From Lama glama (lineage: Eukaryota): a DNA stretch of 64,000 bases. Under the pieces are notes generated by a model, which was not told where the DNA came from, made no database searches, and saw only the letters and a list, made by a program, of their open reading frames with translations. A program made the position numbers and the translations under genes. Location: contig CM052816.1 in assembly GCA_028534125.1 (NCBI GenBank), forward strand, positions 12,216,001 to 12,280,000, in the 5' to 3' direction. Shown one piece after another: positions 51,471-64,000 of the stretch; the stretch's first letter is position 1, and every line of letters starts with the position of its first letter.

Positions 51471-53089
51471 GGTGTGCTAAGTCTTGATCTGAACTGATGG
51501 GATATCAGGCATACCTTGGTTAAAATCTCTGCATCAAAATGTGCACCAATGCCAAGATTGCTCTTGAAAAATCTGCCGGTTTGAATTAACCACTTCCTTT
51601 CATTAGTAGAGATCATTGAAAACTGAAGCCAACCTAAACAACACTTAAAACACACCCAGAATATCTGGATGCACAAAAACGCAAGAACTGAGCTGCCAGT
51701 AGGTGTCCTAATAACTATCATTTCACCAAGATGTGTTCATTAGACCTCTGTGAATCGCTAAGTGCTGTCCAAAGTCTTTCAGAACGAAGTACTGTGTAGC
51801 CATGCCCCTCTTGGGAGGGACAATGCCAGGAGCAGTACTGTTCGTGTCATTAGTGAGTGGTGAGCAGATGCTGTGAACCCTCTTTGAGAGGTTCATGGGA
51901 AAGTCACTCTGCAACTGACAAAGAGCTGTCCTTCTCATTACTGGAAATGCCAAGCAGGGAAGCAACTGGGTCAGGGTGTCCCTCATGCTCCTTGAGATGA
52001 CATCATTAGCAGTTTCTGGCCTTTGTCATTCAACGACCACTTGCATTTCCCCGATTCTGTGCTGAGCCATATGTTATATGGCTGTAAGTGGCACCTTTAC
52101 AGAGCAGAAAGCTTTCTCTAATTCACTCTCATTAATCTGCTGTAAAAAAATAATGGCTCTTACTTTAGTCTGCATCTTGGCACTGTCCTCTGAGTCTTCT
52201 GAACAAGAATCAGGTCGGCAAGAAAAAAATGCAGCAAGATGGCAATCAATTTCATTATTAGAGAGAAAAAGTATTCTGCAAGGCTCACCAACTCCAGCAC
52301 CTGGGTGACTCCTCTTATGATGTTTAATTCTTTAAAATACAATAAACAAAAATTTCCCTCCACAAATTTTCCTAAAGAGCTTATCTCTGAAGTAACAATT
52401 TCATCCAGAGGCTTTTCCAAAACGAATTGTGAGCCAAACGATAACATGATCCCTTCTAAGGCAGTTACAGATCTCAGAATTTTAGGGCTAAGGGTAACTT
52501 AGAAACAATCGTCATCAATGCTCTCATTTCTGATATGAAGGAGGGCCAGGCTGACAGGCTAAAGGGCTTTCCCATTACCACACCACTAATTAGTGACAGG
52601 ACCCAGTCTACTCCTCGAGCCTCCTAACTCTGAGCAGAGAGTGCACGTTTTATTAGCTTTTCTTGTGCCAAAGGGGAGAAAACAGTTTTATTGAATTACT
52701 AAATCAGTAGTGTCATAATATACATCTGATTTTAATCTGCAATGCAGACAAAATAAACATACGAATGAATGAATAAACCCTCTAATTTTCAAAGAAAACA
52801 GCTAATGTCAGAATAAACCCCTTGACCTAATGTCAAGGGTCAAGTTCAGAATATTGGTATGGCACCCGTGCTTTGATCAAATAAATGATTCACTAGATTC
52901 AGTTTACTATCTACATGATGCCAAAAACAGCCTCTCAATTAAGTAAAACTGGACAAATCAGTGAGAAAACAATTCCAAATGGCTCTATTCAAGAGAATTG
53001 AATGTAATATATAACTAGATACTGTCAAAAATTACAAGAACAAAGGAGAGATGGGAACACAGCACCAGAATCCTACCCTAGGAAATCAC

Positions 53090-53440
53090 AGACAGAGAGA
53101 GGAAAGGAAACCATTTACATACGTTTTAGAGTCCATGCCTTTGCCCACTGCCCCTTAAGTGTCCCTATCCGAAAATGTGGGTTCCTGGCACGGATGCTTA
53201 TACAACTTGGCCCACTCCCCTAACGATAGGGGACTTTACCAGAACAGGTCATCTGAACCAAGCTGGGACAATCAGTACCACTTTCTAGGAGTTCGGAATT
53301 GGGAAAGAAGAGTCAATCTCGTTGTGGGAGTGAAACCCTAAAAGGTAACAACAGAAGATAGGGACTCCATGCAGACTGAGCAGCAGAGAGCTGGGTGATA
53401 GAGAAGTTAGCAGAGATACAGAAAACTAGAGTTTATGATC
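53090..53440 (+). mobile_element. MaLR LTR fragment (MLT1K/L-like)
   Basis: ggtcatctgaaccaagctgggacaatcagtaccactttctaggagttcggaattggg. Confidence 0.5.
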
Positions 53441-53449
53441 ACAATCAAC

Positions 53450-54000
53450 GTGGTAAGAAAAATGCACAGTATCCTGGGATAGAGCATGACGGAGACAGGA
53501 CTGCCACAAGAGCAGATGGTCAGAGACAGCCTCTCTGAGGTGGCGATTGTTAACCTGAGACCTACCAGATGAAGAGCCAGCCATGCAAGGTGCTAGGTGG
53601 AAAGCATTTCAGATAAAGTGTGTAGCACGTGCAAAGGTCACAGAGGGGAAATCTTAGCACTTTTAAGAACACGAAAGAGACCAGTATGATTGGAGCACAG
53701 TGGCTGAAGGGGGTGGGGGGTGAGTCTGCAGGCAGCTTTAGTTAGGGAAACCCTCTGCTCCTATTGTCCAGAATAGGCTGAGTTTCTGCCTGTTGCCTAA
53801 ACGTAATTTTTCACAGCATTCTTTTTACTCTCAAACGGTCCCAATTTGGACAGTGAATTATATAGTCACCCTAGAACTTCCTACCAAAAGGTAAGAATTC
53901 ATATTTTCTTCCCAATGTGAGGAGACACCGTTGCAGGATTTGAGCTGAGGAGCATCAAGATTAGATCTGTATTTCTGAGATCATTATAGTGAAGACTGTG
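53450..54000 (-). mobile_element. L2 fragment split by MER94
   Basis: ggtcagagacagcctctctgaggtgg...gcacgtgcaaaggtcacagagg; resumes ggatttgagctgaggag. Confidence 0.75.
53744..53873. mobile_element. hAT MITE, MER94-like
   Basis: gcctgttgcctaaacgtaatt...tttactctcaaacggtcccaatttggacagtgaattatatagtcacccta. Confidence 0.8.
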
Positions 54001-55539
54001 AATTATAAATCAGGAAGTGGGAACTATGGGTAACTGGGCTTTCAATCTGGCATGGTGTCGGTTTCTGTCCTGTTCTGGTGCTCTTCACGTACTTAAGTAG
54101 GATTCCCTGGGTAGTTTGTGAAACGACTGATTGGGGGTTTGAAGTAGTGCATGAGTCTAGCAGCTACCATGGACAGAGGAGGCCACATGAACTCAAAATA
54201 AAGTGTTCAGGAGCCCAGATGACCTAAGTAGTTGTCTCAGCTCCTTCCCTTGTAAGCATATCTTTAGGACAATTTTCTAAGAACATTCACTCACTTCTAT
54301 TCAATGCTGTCACTTAAAAATAATCCCCTAAAAAATATAATCACAATCCCAAAGCCAAATCAGAGATGAAAGAAAAGATCAGGTGAGAAGCCAGGAAAGA
54401 ATCCCACAGACAGCTGCTGAGTTCCGAATAAGATCAAAGATCATTTTGAAGCATCTGAAATAGGGGTGCTTTTACACAGGATGCCTGCCTGACAAACATC
54501 AGTCCCCAGAAATAAGCATAGTTATGAGGCAATAAGGATTAATGATTTTTAAAATGCTGCTGGTTTTCAATAATACCAGAAAGGATGAAAGGAAGAAAGG
54601 ATGACTCAAGACAAAGGTGGTTACCGCTTTAAAATGAGACTCTTCCCCACACCACCCACTTGTCTTGGGTGCTTAAAAAGAGTGATGACATACTGTTTGA
54701 GCAAATGACCATTAAGAGAGCTCTTTAAAGAGTTATTTTTTAAAAAGCAAGAAGGTTAAATCACAGCAAAGTGTGACAGCTATTAACACAGGAAGTATAG
54801 GTCTCAAACTGTGGTGGTCTTTAAAAGTATCTCCAAATCATGGTGTCCCAAATTGTGGTCTGTTTCTCTAAGTCCAAGGTTTGAGCTATTTCAGAGACAC
54901 ATTCTTTCCTCACCCCAACCCCTCCACCCTTATATCCCTTACACGCTGCCCCTGGACAGAAGAGACAATATACTGTTTCCTCAAATACAGCTGAAACCTA
55001 TTTACTTCAGAAAGAGTTTTATTTTGAAAGTAGCATATTGCTAAGGAATGAGGTAAGGGAAAGATTAAGTAATAGAATTTCCATGATATAAGCATCATTA
55101 AAAATGCATACAGATAGATATATTTCAACCTGAGAAAATAGTGACCTAGAATTACTTACACAAATATTGCTCAACTGAGTTAAATAAATGTGTACTAAGA
55201 TGCCTTCTGCAGGCCCTGAGTTAGGCTAAGCTGCCTGAGCAACATGGGAGGAACCTAAAATATGTTCTGTGGTCTTGAGATGATGGTATATTTTGGGAAA
55301 GTGTCTGCAAGAAAGAGGGAGAGCAGATGCCTGTGAGCCAGACAAAAAGTCCCAAAAGAGACACAGAAATTGAAGCAGTGTTTGTCAGAGTGTGATCCAA
55401 AGACTCCCCACATCCAAATCAGCAGGGGCGCTCGCACAATGTGGCTCCTCCGACGCCTGCGTGAACCTAGTGAGGCAGGTACTCTGGGGACGGGGCCAAG
55501 AAAGCAAATAAAAGTATATGTCTCCTGATAAAAACCCTC

Positions 55540-56520
55540 CAAACAAAACGAGAATAAACTCCAAACACTTCACCTGGACCCACCATGTCTGACCTGATCT
55601 GATCCGTCATCTGCTTGTTTCGTCACCTCCTGCCCTGCCCTCCATGCCCTCCCCACCCGAAATGCACACATTTCACTCTGTCATTAGCCTCCAGTTACAC
55701 GGGTACTCTTTCCAGTCCTCAACTGACAGGCTCTCCCTGTATTGCCCTCTGACGTACTCATCCAGTTTCCCCTTCGGAAAGTTTTCCATCGTCGTCCCAG
55801 TTGGCGCAGCCTCCTCAGCACCGGCCCCACTTTCTATACCACTAACTTATATCACTTTCTTCATTGCATTATGTTAGTTTTCTATTGCTGCAGTAACACA
55901 TTACCACAAACCTAGAGGCTTAAGACATCACAAAAGGATTATCTTATAATTCTGTAGGTCAGAAGTCCAAGAAGTGTCTAAGATCAATGCGCAAGCCAGA
56001 CTGCATTGCTTTCTGAAGGCTTTAGGGGAGAATCTGTTTGCTTCCCTTTTCTAGTTCCTAGAGGCCATCCACAATTTTTGGTTCATGGCCCCTTTCTTTC
56101 ATCTTCAAAGCAGGCAAAGTTCTAGTTTTCTGATCCTTCTTCTCCGATCACAGCTTCCTCTGACTGTAGCCAGGAAAGATTTTCAGCTTTTAAAGATGCA
56201 TTATCATATTGGGACCAGCAGGTTAATGCAAAATAATCTCCCCATCTTAAGGTCCTTAGCCTCAATGACATCTGCAGAGTCTACTTTGCCCAGTAGGGTG
56301 ATGTATCACATATCCTAGGCATTAGGACATGGGTATCTTTGGAGGCCATTATAATGCCTACCACAAATACTTAACACTATCTGAAATTATCTTATTTGGT
56401 TTTTTACGCACGTATTGTCTTTATTATTCTGCTAAAACTAAAGCTCATCCAAAATGCTAAGTGCCTAGAAACTAGGCTGGCATGTGTAGGTGACAATAAA
56501 TACAGATTGAATGAATGATG
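55540..56520 (+). mobile_element. L2 3' end split by MLT1D
   Basis: Ends gtgcctagaaactaggctggcatgtgtaggtgacaataaatacagattgaatgaatga. Confidence 0.6.
55870..56365 (-). mobile_element. MaLR solo LTR (MLT1D-like), near full length
   Basis: ttagttttctattgctgcagtaacacattaccacaaac ... attaggacatgggtatctttggaggccattataatgcctaccaca. Confidence 0.9.
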
Positions 56521-57109
56521 GACTTTCATATCTGAATGTCAAATTCCTGAATGATTATTATTTTATTCTGTTAATGCCCTTTTATTTCATAATCACTCTG
56601 CCAGAGTTTAATGAAAACATACTCATCAAGCCTACCCAGTTAGTCTAATTTTCAGTAATTCCCATCCCAGCCTCTGACACAGTCTCATCTCTACTACACG
56701 GCTGGGGCATCTAGCCTATCGGCATTGTGTTCTGGAAATGCCTCCCCTTTCCTGGAAAGCGCTATAAAGGAGAAATGCCTTATGTCTAACAAAAACCTCC
56801 TTTACTGCCATTGAAGATCCTTTCCTCTAGTCTGTGGCTTTGAAGAGCAGAGAACATACTGTTCTCTCAATATACATCAAGAGAAGCAGAAACAAGTGAT
56901 TACAGAGGGGTGTGCAGGTGATGGAAGTGAGTGCAGCGGGAAGGGAGAAAGTCTAGAGCAGTGAGGAGTGTGTTCCATAAAATGCATGCTGACTTCAAAG
57001 GAATAAAGATTCTGGGTTGCCTTAACTTGTTATTTTTCAAGTGAAAAAAGTCTGAATTTTCATGTGAAATGTACTGATACCTAAAATAATGTCCAGGTAA
57101 GAATGCCTC

Positions 57110-58930
57110 TGCTTCAAGCTATTATGGAGGAGTACATCCCACTGACATCAGCTAAAAATCCAACAGAGAGCCACATACACATGCACACACATGCACACAC
57201 ACAAACTGTCTGAAAGAGCAGTGAAAACGCCATTGCAGCCAGGATTTGTGAGATCAGCATCTCAGAAAAAGGAAGCTCATTGAGCTGAGGTGTAAATCCA
57301 GAATACCACTTTTCTGCTGGGACAATTTACCATTTTTGTAGAAAACGAGAGGCTGAGAAGACAAAAAGCAGGACGTAGCAACTGTAAACAGGCAGACAAG
57401 TCATCAGTATTTTGGCAGTTTCCCAGGACTGGGAAAACAGAAATTGAGGTTTCAGGCTGTCAAGGCTGTAAGTATGAGAGGAAATAAGATTCCTGAGAGG
57501 AGAGAGGGTGGAGACATAAGCCTAAAACTCAGTATGTTTTTCCTTTGAAAAGGTCTGCCAGTTCCTAAGCTGTGTCTTACTTTATATCTAAAACAAAAGC
57601 ATTTTACTGCCATGAAAGCTTCTTTCCTCTATTAAGTCTGAAGAACAAAGAATATCCTATGCTTCTATTTGATTTCAGGAGAGAGAAATCAAAGGATTAC
57701 AGACAGGGCTCATGCAGCTGATGAAACTGAGTGAAGCTAGTTGTATGCGTAACAACAGGGAGTGGTGGGGCCTGCAGTGAGCTGGAAAGTACACGCTGCA
57801 TCTAAAGAAGGCAGTCACTGAGTGCCAAGACATTTTTGCTTTTTAGGAACAAGAATTCTGCGTGTTCAAAACAGGACAGATTTTTTAGCAGTTCTGAGTA
57901 ATAAAATTGGAGCTCAGGATCCCAAGGAAGGGAGGCCACTATAAGAACTCCAGGCTTTTGGCTGGAAGACCTGGAGACACACATCCTGGGAGTACTTATC
58001 TTGACACTGACCTTTAAAAAAACAACTCTCTCCCTGACTGTATTGAGAATATATGCCCTATTCTAGGCAACAGTCAACAGAGAGGGTAAATAAATTTCTT
58101 GAGGAGTCATTCAAAACTTCTATGATCTTCTTACAAATATTTAACCAAAATTACCAAGCATTTCAAGAAAAGTGACTAAGACAAAAAAGGCAATAAAATA
58201 GGCTTACAGGTAACTCAGATAGTTGAGATACCAAAGACTTTAAAATAACTAAGATTAGTATGTGCAAGAAAATAAGTAACAAGATGGAGAATTTTGCCAG
58301 AGAACTCTACTCTAAAAAACATTGAATGGATATTCCAAAACTGAAATGACAACTGACATTATTAGTGAACCAGAAAAAAATGAAATAGAAGCACAAATAC
58401 ATATTTATCGTAAGGGCTTAAGACATACATGGAAAAGGTCTAATATATGTGTAACTGGAGTCTCAGAGATGAAAGAGAATGAGATACAAGAAACACTTAA
58501 AGTCAAATGACTATGACTTTTCTAAACTGATTTTTAAAAATCAACCCCAAACCTACAGCAGCTCAGCAAATTCTGGGCAGGATAAATAGAATAAAGCTGT
58601 ACCCAAACACATTGTAGACCAACTACAGAAAACAAAACAAAAAAGGAAATTTTAAATGGAGAGAGAAAAAAGGCATTAGCTTCAAAGCATCAACAATAAA
58701 ACTAACCACTTCTTATTTAATAGAAATAATGGAAACAGTAAGATAATGGAATGGCATTTTTAACCTGCTAAAGGAAAATAAATGAACAACAACAAAAGTA
58801 AGTCATTAACTTGGAATTTCATACCGAGTAAAATGTCCTCCAAAAGCAAGAGTTGAACAAAGACATTTCCAAGAAAGCCAATGACTGAGGAAATCTGTCA
58901 CTTACAGACCCAGATGCATACTCAAGGACA
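57110..58930 (+). mobile_element. Old L1 5'UTR/ORF1 remnant
   Basis: ORF 58322-58510 KRSNICVTGVSE resembles L1 ORF1p RxNxxxIGVPE; gctcagcaaattctgggcaggataaa; agataatggaatggcatttttaac. Confidence 0.7.
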
Positions 58931-59699
58931 TTAGAATTTGACTTTAATTCATGCAGTGGTTCCATCTTCCTGTTGACTTCCTTTTCTGGTTCATTCATTA
59001 CTAGTGGGGACCCCAGGCAGATTCAGGCTTTTATTTTTATAACTATGAGTTGAGTAAGTAAAAAAGGATCTCTTACAACAGTTCAAACTAGAATTCGGTC
59101 ACATTTTTAACAAGTTACTAAATTCTAGGATTCAATGTTATGATCATGCAAGCCTCGGTCATACAGAACATCTAGCTAGGGGTCAATCTGGCTCACCAAA
59201 ATCACAGGGAAGAGATGATTCTCCAAGTAAAATGGGATTTCTGTTATTCACAGAATAGGAAAAGGCAGAAAGCAAAGAAAGTAGGAGACCATGCTCCTCA
59301 CTTGTGACACGTTTATAGGTTCCTCTAAAGTTTCATACATTCTTATATGTAAATAAGTAGCTTTGGAAAGGTTCGATGTGTTTGTTAAGCCTGGGAGCCT
59401 CAAATCATGCCTCAGGTGCAAATTAAAGGGAGACACAATGGCTTACTCTTTGTTAGTCCTAAAAGGTCTGAATGTGGTCATCTCGTGGTATGTAATGACC
59501 TGTGACTTTAAGAAACACACATTGAGCTGACTCCTTTCTTCTCTCCCTCTTTCCTTCTCTTCTTAATTCCCCCTTTTTCTCTCTTTGGTTTATTTTTCCA
59601 GCTTTCTATCCTGCATTAATTTGTCTGTGGTGGCACCCTTTGACCCTAAGATTCTCTCATAGAAACTTATAATAGTTCATTTTTTTTCCTTTACTATAT

Positions 59700-60092
59700 T
59701 TTGGCATTCCACCCTGACTGTACAACTTTCTTGAATTTTAATTTAAATAACAACTTCCTTTAATCTCTTCCCCAGAGGCATATGCCTTCTTTGTTTTCAA
59801 GATTATCTGGCAACCTCCTATTCACCTTCAATATCCAGATCAAACTTCTGTTCTTTAGACAAGACTTTTTGCAAAGCCCTAAGCAATGAGGTTTACATGT
59901 AGAACTTTCATTTCCCTCATCAGATGGCACTGCAATTGTATGATAACAGTTCCCTTTCCTAGCACCTTGTGATCACCACAGTGGTAAGGACTGCATCACA
60001 TTACTTAGCAGGGCCTCAGTGCCTGCCTCTGTGCCAGCACCCGTTACTTGCTCAGCACATGCTTGCAGAGAGGAACGGAAAGGAGAATGAAT
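59700..60092 (+). mobile_element. L2 3' end
   Basis: cctattcaccttcaatatccagatcaaac...cctcagtgcctgcctctgtgccagcac...gctcagcacatgcttgc. Confidence 0.55.
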
Positions 60093-60760
60093 AAAGGATG
60101 CTGAACTAAACTTGTGAAGCCAAAGTCCTTATTTCTCTAAATCATCTTGACGTTTCTCTCCCTTCAACTCTCCCCTTTCTTTAAGAACTGCTTTATGTAT
60201 TTTCTCGGAAGTAAATTTAAGAAATAGTATAATACGATAGTGAAGTCTTTTCTTTTTTCCTATCAGATCTTTAGACCATGTAAAAAGTAATTAAATGAAC
60301 TCACAGTGTCATTAGTTATGCTCAAGGAATTGGCATTTCCATTATGAATCCATTTTTAATTACATCGGACACATTTCGTCAATATTTCTTCTGAGAGCAG
60401 CAGAATGTAAATCGGCACTTGCAGAGACATGTAAACCTGACTGAATGGAAAACTCTACACCTGTACAGTTATGCCAGCCATGATGGGAGATTTGATACGG
60501 CCTCTGAAGAACCTTACCACTGAAAGGCGGTCTACACCAGCAAATAAAATTGAGGAACCAAGGGCACATTGCCTTGGATGCGCAGGTGGTTTGTATCATC
60601 CAAGATCCCTTTGCTTGCAAATGTTCGAACCCTAACTCAAGTGACTTCATAAGAACAAAGGTAATTTGTTGGCTCATGTACAGGAAAAGGCCAGGGGGAC
60701 ATCTTGCTGTATCTGGGAGCTTAAATGAAATGTATCTTGACTTTTACTAATCCTCTAGTC

Positions 60761-60980
60761 CAGGAGTTAGCAAGCTGTTTCCCATAAAGAAGAGATAACA
60801 AACATTTTAGGCATTGACAGCCTCATCAGTTCTCTTTACATGTTTTTGGTTTTGTTTTTGCTTTTGGCTTACTTATTTTTCTAACACTTAAAAATTTAAA
60901 AACCATTTTGGGCTCATAAAGCATACAAAAACAGACCCTAGGATGAACCTGGCTGACATACTGTAGTTTTCCAATCCCTA
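60761..60980. mobile_element. hAT-Charlie MITE, MER58B-like
   Basis: caggagttagcaagctgtttc...aaaaaccattttgggctcataaagcatacaaaaacag...ctgtagttttccaatccct. Confidence 0.75.
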
Positions 60981-60989
60981 ATAATCCAC

Positions 60990-61830
60990 AGTCCAAATTC
61001 AAAATCTTAGTAATTCCTGAAATAACACCCTTTAAACTATTTTTCCATGTGTAGAACCCAATTAAGGATAATTCATTGTATTTAGTTGTCATAAATAATC
61101 CAGGATAAATTATTGCATATATTTAGTTGCACGTGTCTTTTAAAATAAACAGTACAAAAGGCTTCTTTCTTTTCGTATCTTCACATTTTTAATAGTACGT
61201 ATCAGTTATTTTGTTGAATATCTCTCAATTTGGATTTGTCTAATGTTTCACCATAATTAGGTTGAGGTTATGCATTTTTATAGGAATACCAATGAAGAAG
61301 CATTCTCAGTGCAACATGACAGAAGGCACTTCATGTTGGTTTGTCTCAGTGTTACTAATATTAAACGTTAGCTTTGATGCCTTGATTAAGATGCTTCCTG
61401 CCATGTTCCCTCACTGTAAGGTTACTACTTTTTCCCTTTGTAATCAAAAAAGTAATCTGTGGAAGCTATTTTGAAACTATATAAATATCCTGTCCCTTAT
61501 CAAACTTACACCTAGAAATTTTAGTTTCTGTTGATGATTTTTCAACTTCCATACACATTAGCTGTAATTCCATTATAAGAAAGAGCTTTCCTTATTTCAG
61601 CATAAAGTTGAGTAATCCTTACTTTAATTAATGGGTTATAATTCACTGCTATCATTATTTATTTTGGCACTTACAGTATTCAAGATTTGATCACTGGGAG
61701 CCGATTCAAGCTGGTTCCTGTGTCCTTGCGCATGTGTCTTCCTTACATGGAAGGAAGGAATCAGCCGTTTCTCCAGGAAAACTTGTCCGTTCTTTTTAGT
61801 GCAGAGTGGCATATAACACAACAAGGATGC
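60990..61830 (-). mobile_element. L1MC4/5-type 3' fragment
   Basis: ctcaatttggatttgtctaatgtttc...ttgaggttatgcattttt; ccctcactgtaaggttactactttttccctttgtaat. Confidence 0.8.
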
Positions 61831-61859
61831 CCTTTGTGGTGTTAGTGAAGGTTGTGTGG

Positions 61860-62670
61860 GGATAGTAACAAACTATCTTTAACCTTCTCAGTGTTGGTGA
61901 TATCAGAACAGAAGCCTGACAAGGAGTCTGAACTCCCTCCTCCCCACAGCAGTCCTGAGACATGACTCTACTTAGGGTGTCAAGGAGACTGAGCGGGGAA
62001 CTCGGACTCCCAGTCCATCTGACAGCAACCAGGTGGTGCTTGACTCTGCCTACAGTGTAGTGTTAGAGGAGGCTGTGAGAGGAGAAACTGTAAATTAGAT
62101 TAATAGTCTCATAATATGATGCTCAAAATGTCCAGGAGTCAATAAAGAGTCACATCCATTACCAAAAAACTAGAAAAAGCTCAAAGACAATAAAACATAT
62201 ACCAACACTGAGATGACAACGATGTTACAATTAAATGACATGGGTTTTAAAAGCAGTCCTGCCGAAAAATGCCTCAGAGGATAATTATAAACATGCTTGA
62301 AAGTAATGAAAAAAAACAGTAGAGATGCAGAAAATACTAAAAAGAATGAAATAAAAATTTTAGAACTTGAGAAAAACACTTACAGATGAGCTCAACAGCA
62401 GAAGACAGAACAGAGGGAACCATCAGTGAACTTCAAGATAGAAAAATAGAAGTCATCCAATTAAAACAAAACAGAGATAATACACTTGAGAATCTATGAA
62501 AAGAACCTCAGATGTATAGAACCATGGCAAAGGAGCTAACAGTTGTGTCATCAGAGCCCCCAGAAAGAGAAGAGAAAGAGGCTGGAGCTGAAGGTAGTCA
62601 AAGAAATAAGGCTGAAAATGCTTGAACTTGGCAAATGGCATACAGAAGTAAAAAGGTGAGAAAGTCCACA
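61860..62670 (+). mobile_element. Old L1 5'/ORF1 remnant
   Basis: ccaacactgagatgacaacgatgttacaatta; atgagctcaacagcagaagacagaacagagggaaccatcagtgaacttcaagataga. Confidence 0.75.
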
Positions 62671-64000
62671 GTGGATGTTCATTAAGAGATCATTGATGAG
62701 TAAACAGTTACTCATATTGAAAGGACTGTAACAAAACCTGAGTACATCTGTTAGTAACCATCTAATATACAGGCTCATGTTAGGTCAGTAGGTCCACTGG
62801 CTGCCTTTCGCTCAAATGTCAACAGTCTATGGCCAGGAGATGAGGGTTTCATGGTTCAAAGTGCATAGACGCATGAACAAGGGGGTCCCCTGGGGCTCTG
62901 TTGGTCAAGGACTATATGCTATAAAAGCTCTCAGAGCACCATGTCTATTTCACATATTTGATACTCAACTATCATAAATTAAAAATCGGAGTTTTCTGAT
63001 CATCATTGTCCTAAAGCTGAAAAAAGTTTAATGGTTCCTTGCAATATACCTTCTGACCGAGAATCCCTGGAGGACACTGTTCAACTCCTGGATGACTCTC
63101 CTTGTATTTTTAATTAACAGGTTGATAATGTGATAGGCCCCATGTTAATTAAAAGACTGATGTCCAAGGAGATAAGGGCAAGGATGCACACAAGCTATTC
63201 TTTGGGAAAATGGTGAGAATGGAAAGAATGTAGGAAAAATGAGGGCAGAAATTGCAAAATAAGTAACATTTATAATACTTGTTAAGAAAGTAAGGTCACT
63301 TCTTAACTTTCAAAATTTTTCACTCTGTGTGCGTATTCTTGTACCATTTCCCAGATGGGTGGTGATCAACGTAGAATGAATAACTGAGATATTATTAACG
63401 GCATTCAGTGCCAGTGCCCCTTTGGGAGCAGGAAGAAGGCAGGGAGGCACTGCATTAATGTGGGATAAGAAAAAACGAAGGAGGGAGGAGGTAAAGTTAT
63501 CCCCTGAGGTAGCCTTCATCTCGCTCTGCACGTGCTGTCCGCATCTAGGACACAGAGGAGATCCCAGGATACCCCCCACAGTATCATTACTCTCAGGGAC
63601 TCCACAGACATCATGATTAGGGAGGAAAATTACTCTCCTTGGGGGAGTTATTTTTGTCTATTCATTGAGCATGACTAACAGAAAAGTTATAGCAAGGACA
63701 TTATCAGCTAAGCTAAAATTCCTCAGTTCTCCTTGGCCATCAGACATCTGCCTTTTCGGCACTAAATCATCTGCTAATAGATGGAAAGCATGTGAGTCTT
63801 TGAAGAGAAAGTACACCTTTCAGGTATGTCTTTCAGATTTTCCCCTCATAAAAGCAGAATGCAGCCTCTGTACCAAGTGGCTGCTAAAAATTAATGCTAA
63901 AAAAATTAACACTTATTAATTGGAGACAGGTCAAGAGCTAAGACCCACCTCAGAAATTCTAAGAACTTCAATGCGTGATCTTAACCATCATTATATAACC

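Noticed and set aside
51320..51721. 133-aa ORF with poly-lysine
   Set aside because: The poly-K comes from a T23 run and the rest is not protein-like
55418..55433. CTCF-like tcagcaggggcgctc
   Set aside because: One base short of the core AG-NN-GGC spacing
1..64000. CRISPR array, operon or other prokaryotic-style system
   Set aside because: The sequence is mammalian; I saw no regularly spaced repeats or long ORFs

Overview
This is AT-rich, CpG-depleted mammalian genomic DNA, intronic or intergenic, and I cannot support any intact protein-coding gene in it. The short ORFs in the track are repeat-derived or chance. A tRNA-Ala-derived SINE with poly(A) and a target-site duplication (23848-23937), cetartiodactyl-type L1 3' tails, and no recognisable Bov-tA, PRE-1 or Alu point to a camelid genome (inference). 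Much of the window is transposon debris: L1, L2 (one copy with readable RT motifs), MIR, MaLR/ERV1/ERVL LTRs and hAT MITEs, with several nested insertions. The most unusual signal is a degraded Gypsy-type integrase fossil at about 29.75-30.2 kb, with four ordered motifs on the + strand. Other leads are a triple TCF/LEF motif cluster (32.5 kb), several palindromes, two short tandem duplications that each double a TF motif, CpG-enriched patches inside old repeats, two candidate spliced exons and several enhancer-like islands. I did not find a clear, complete novel system. Repeat family names are from recall of consensus sequences, not a search. Most boundaries are approximate.
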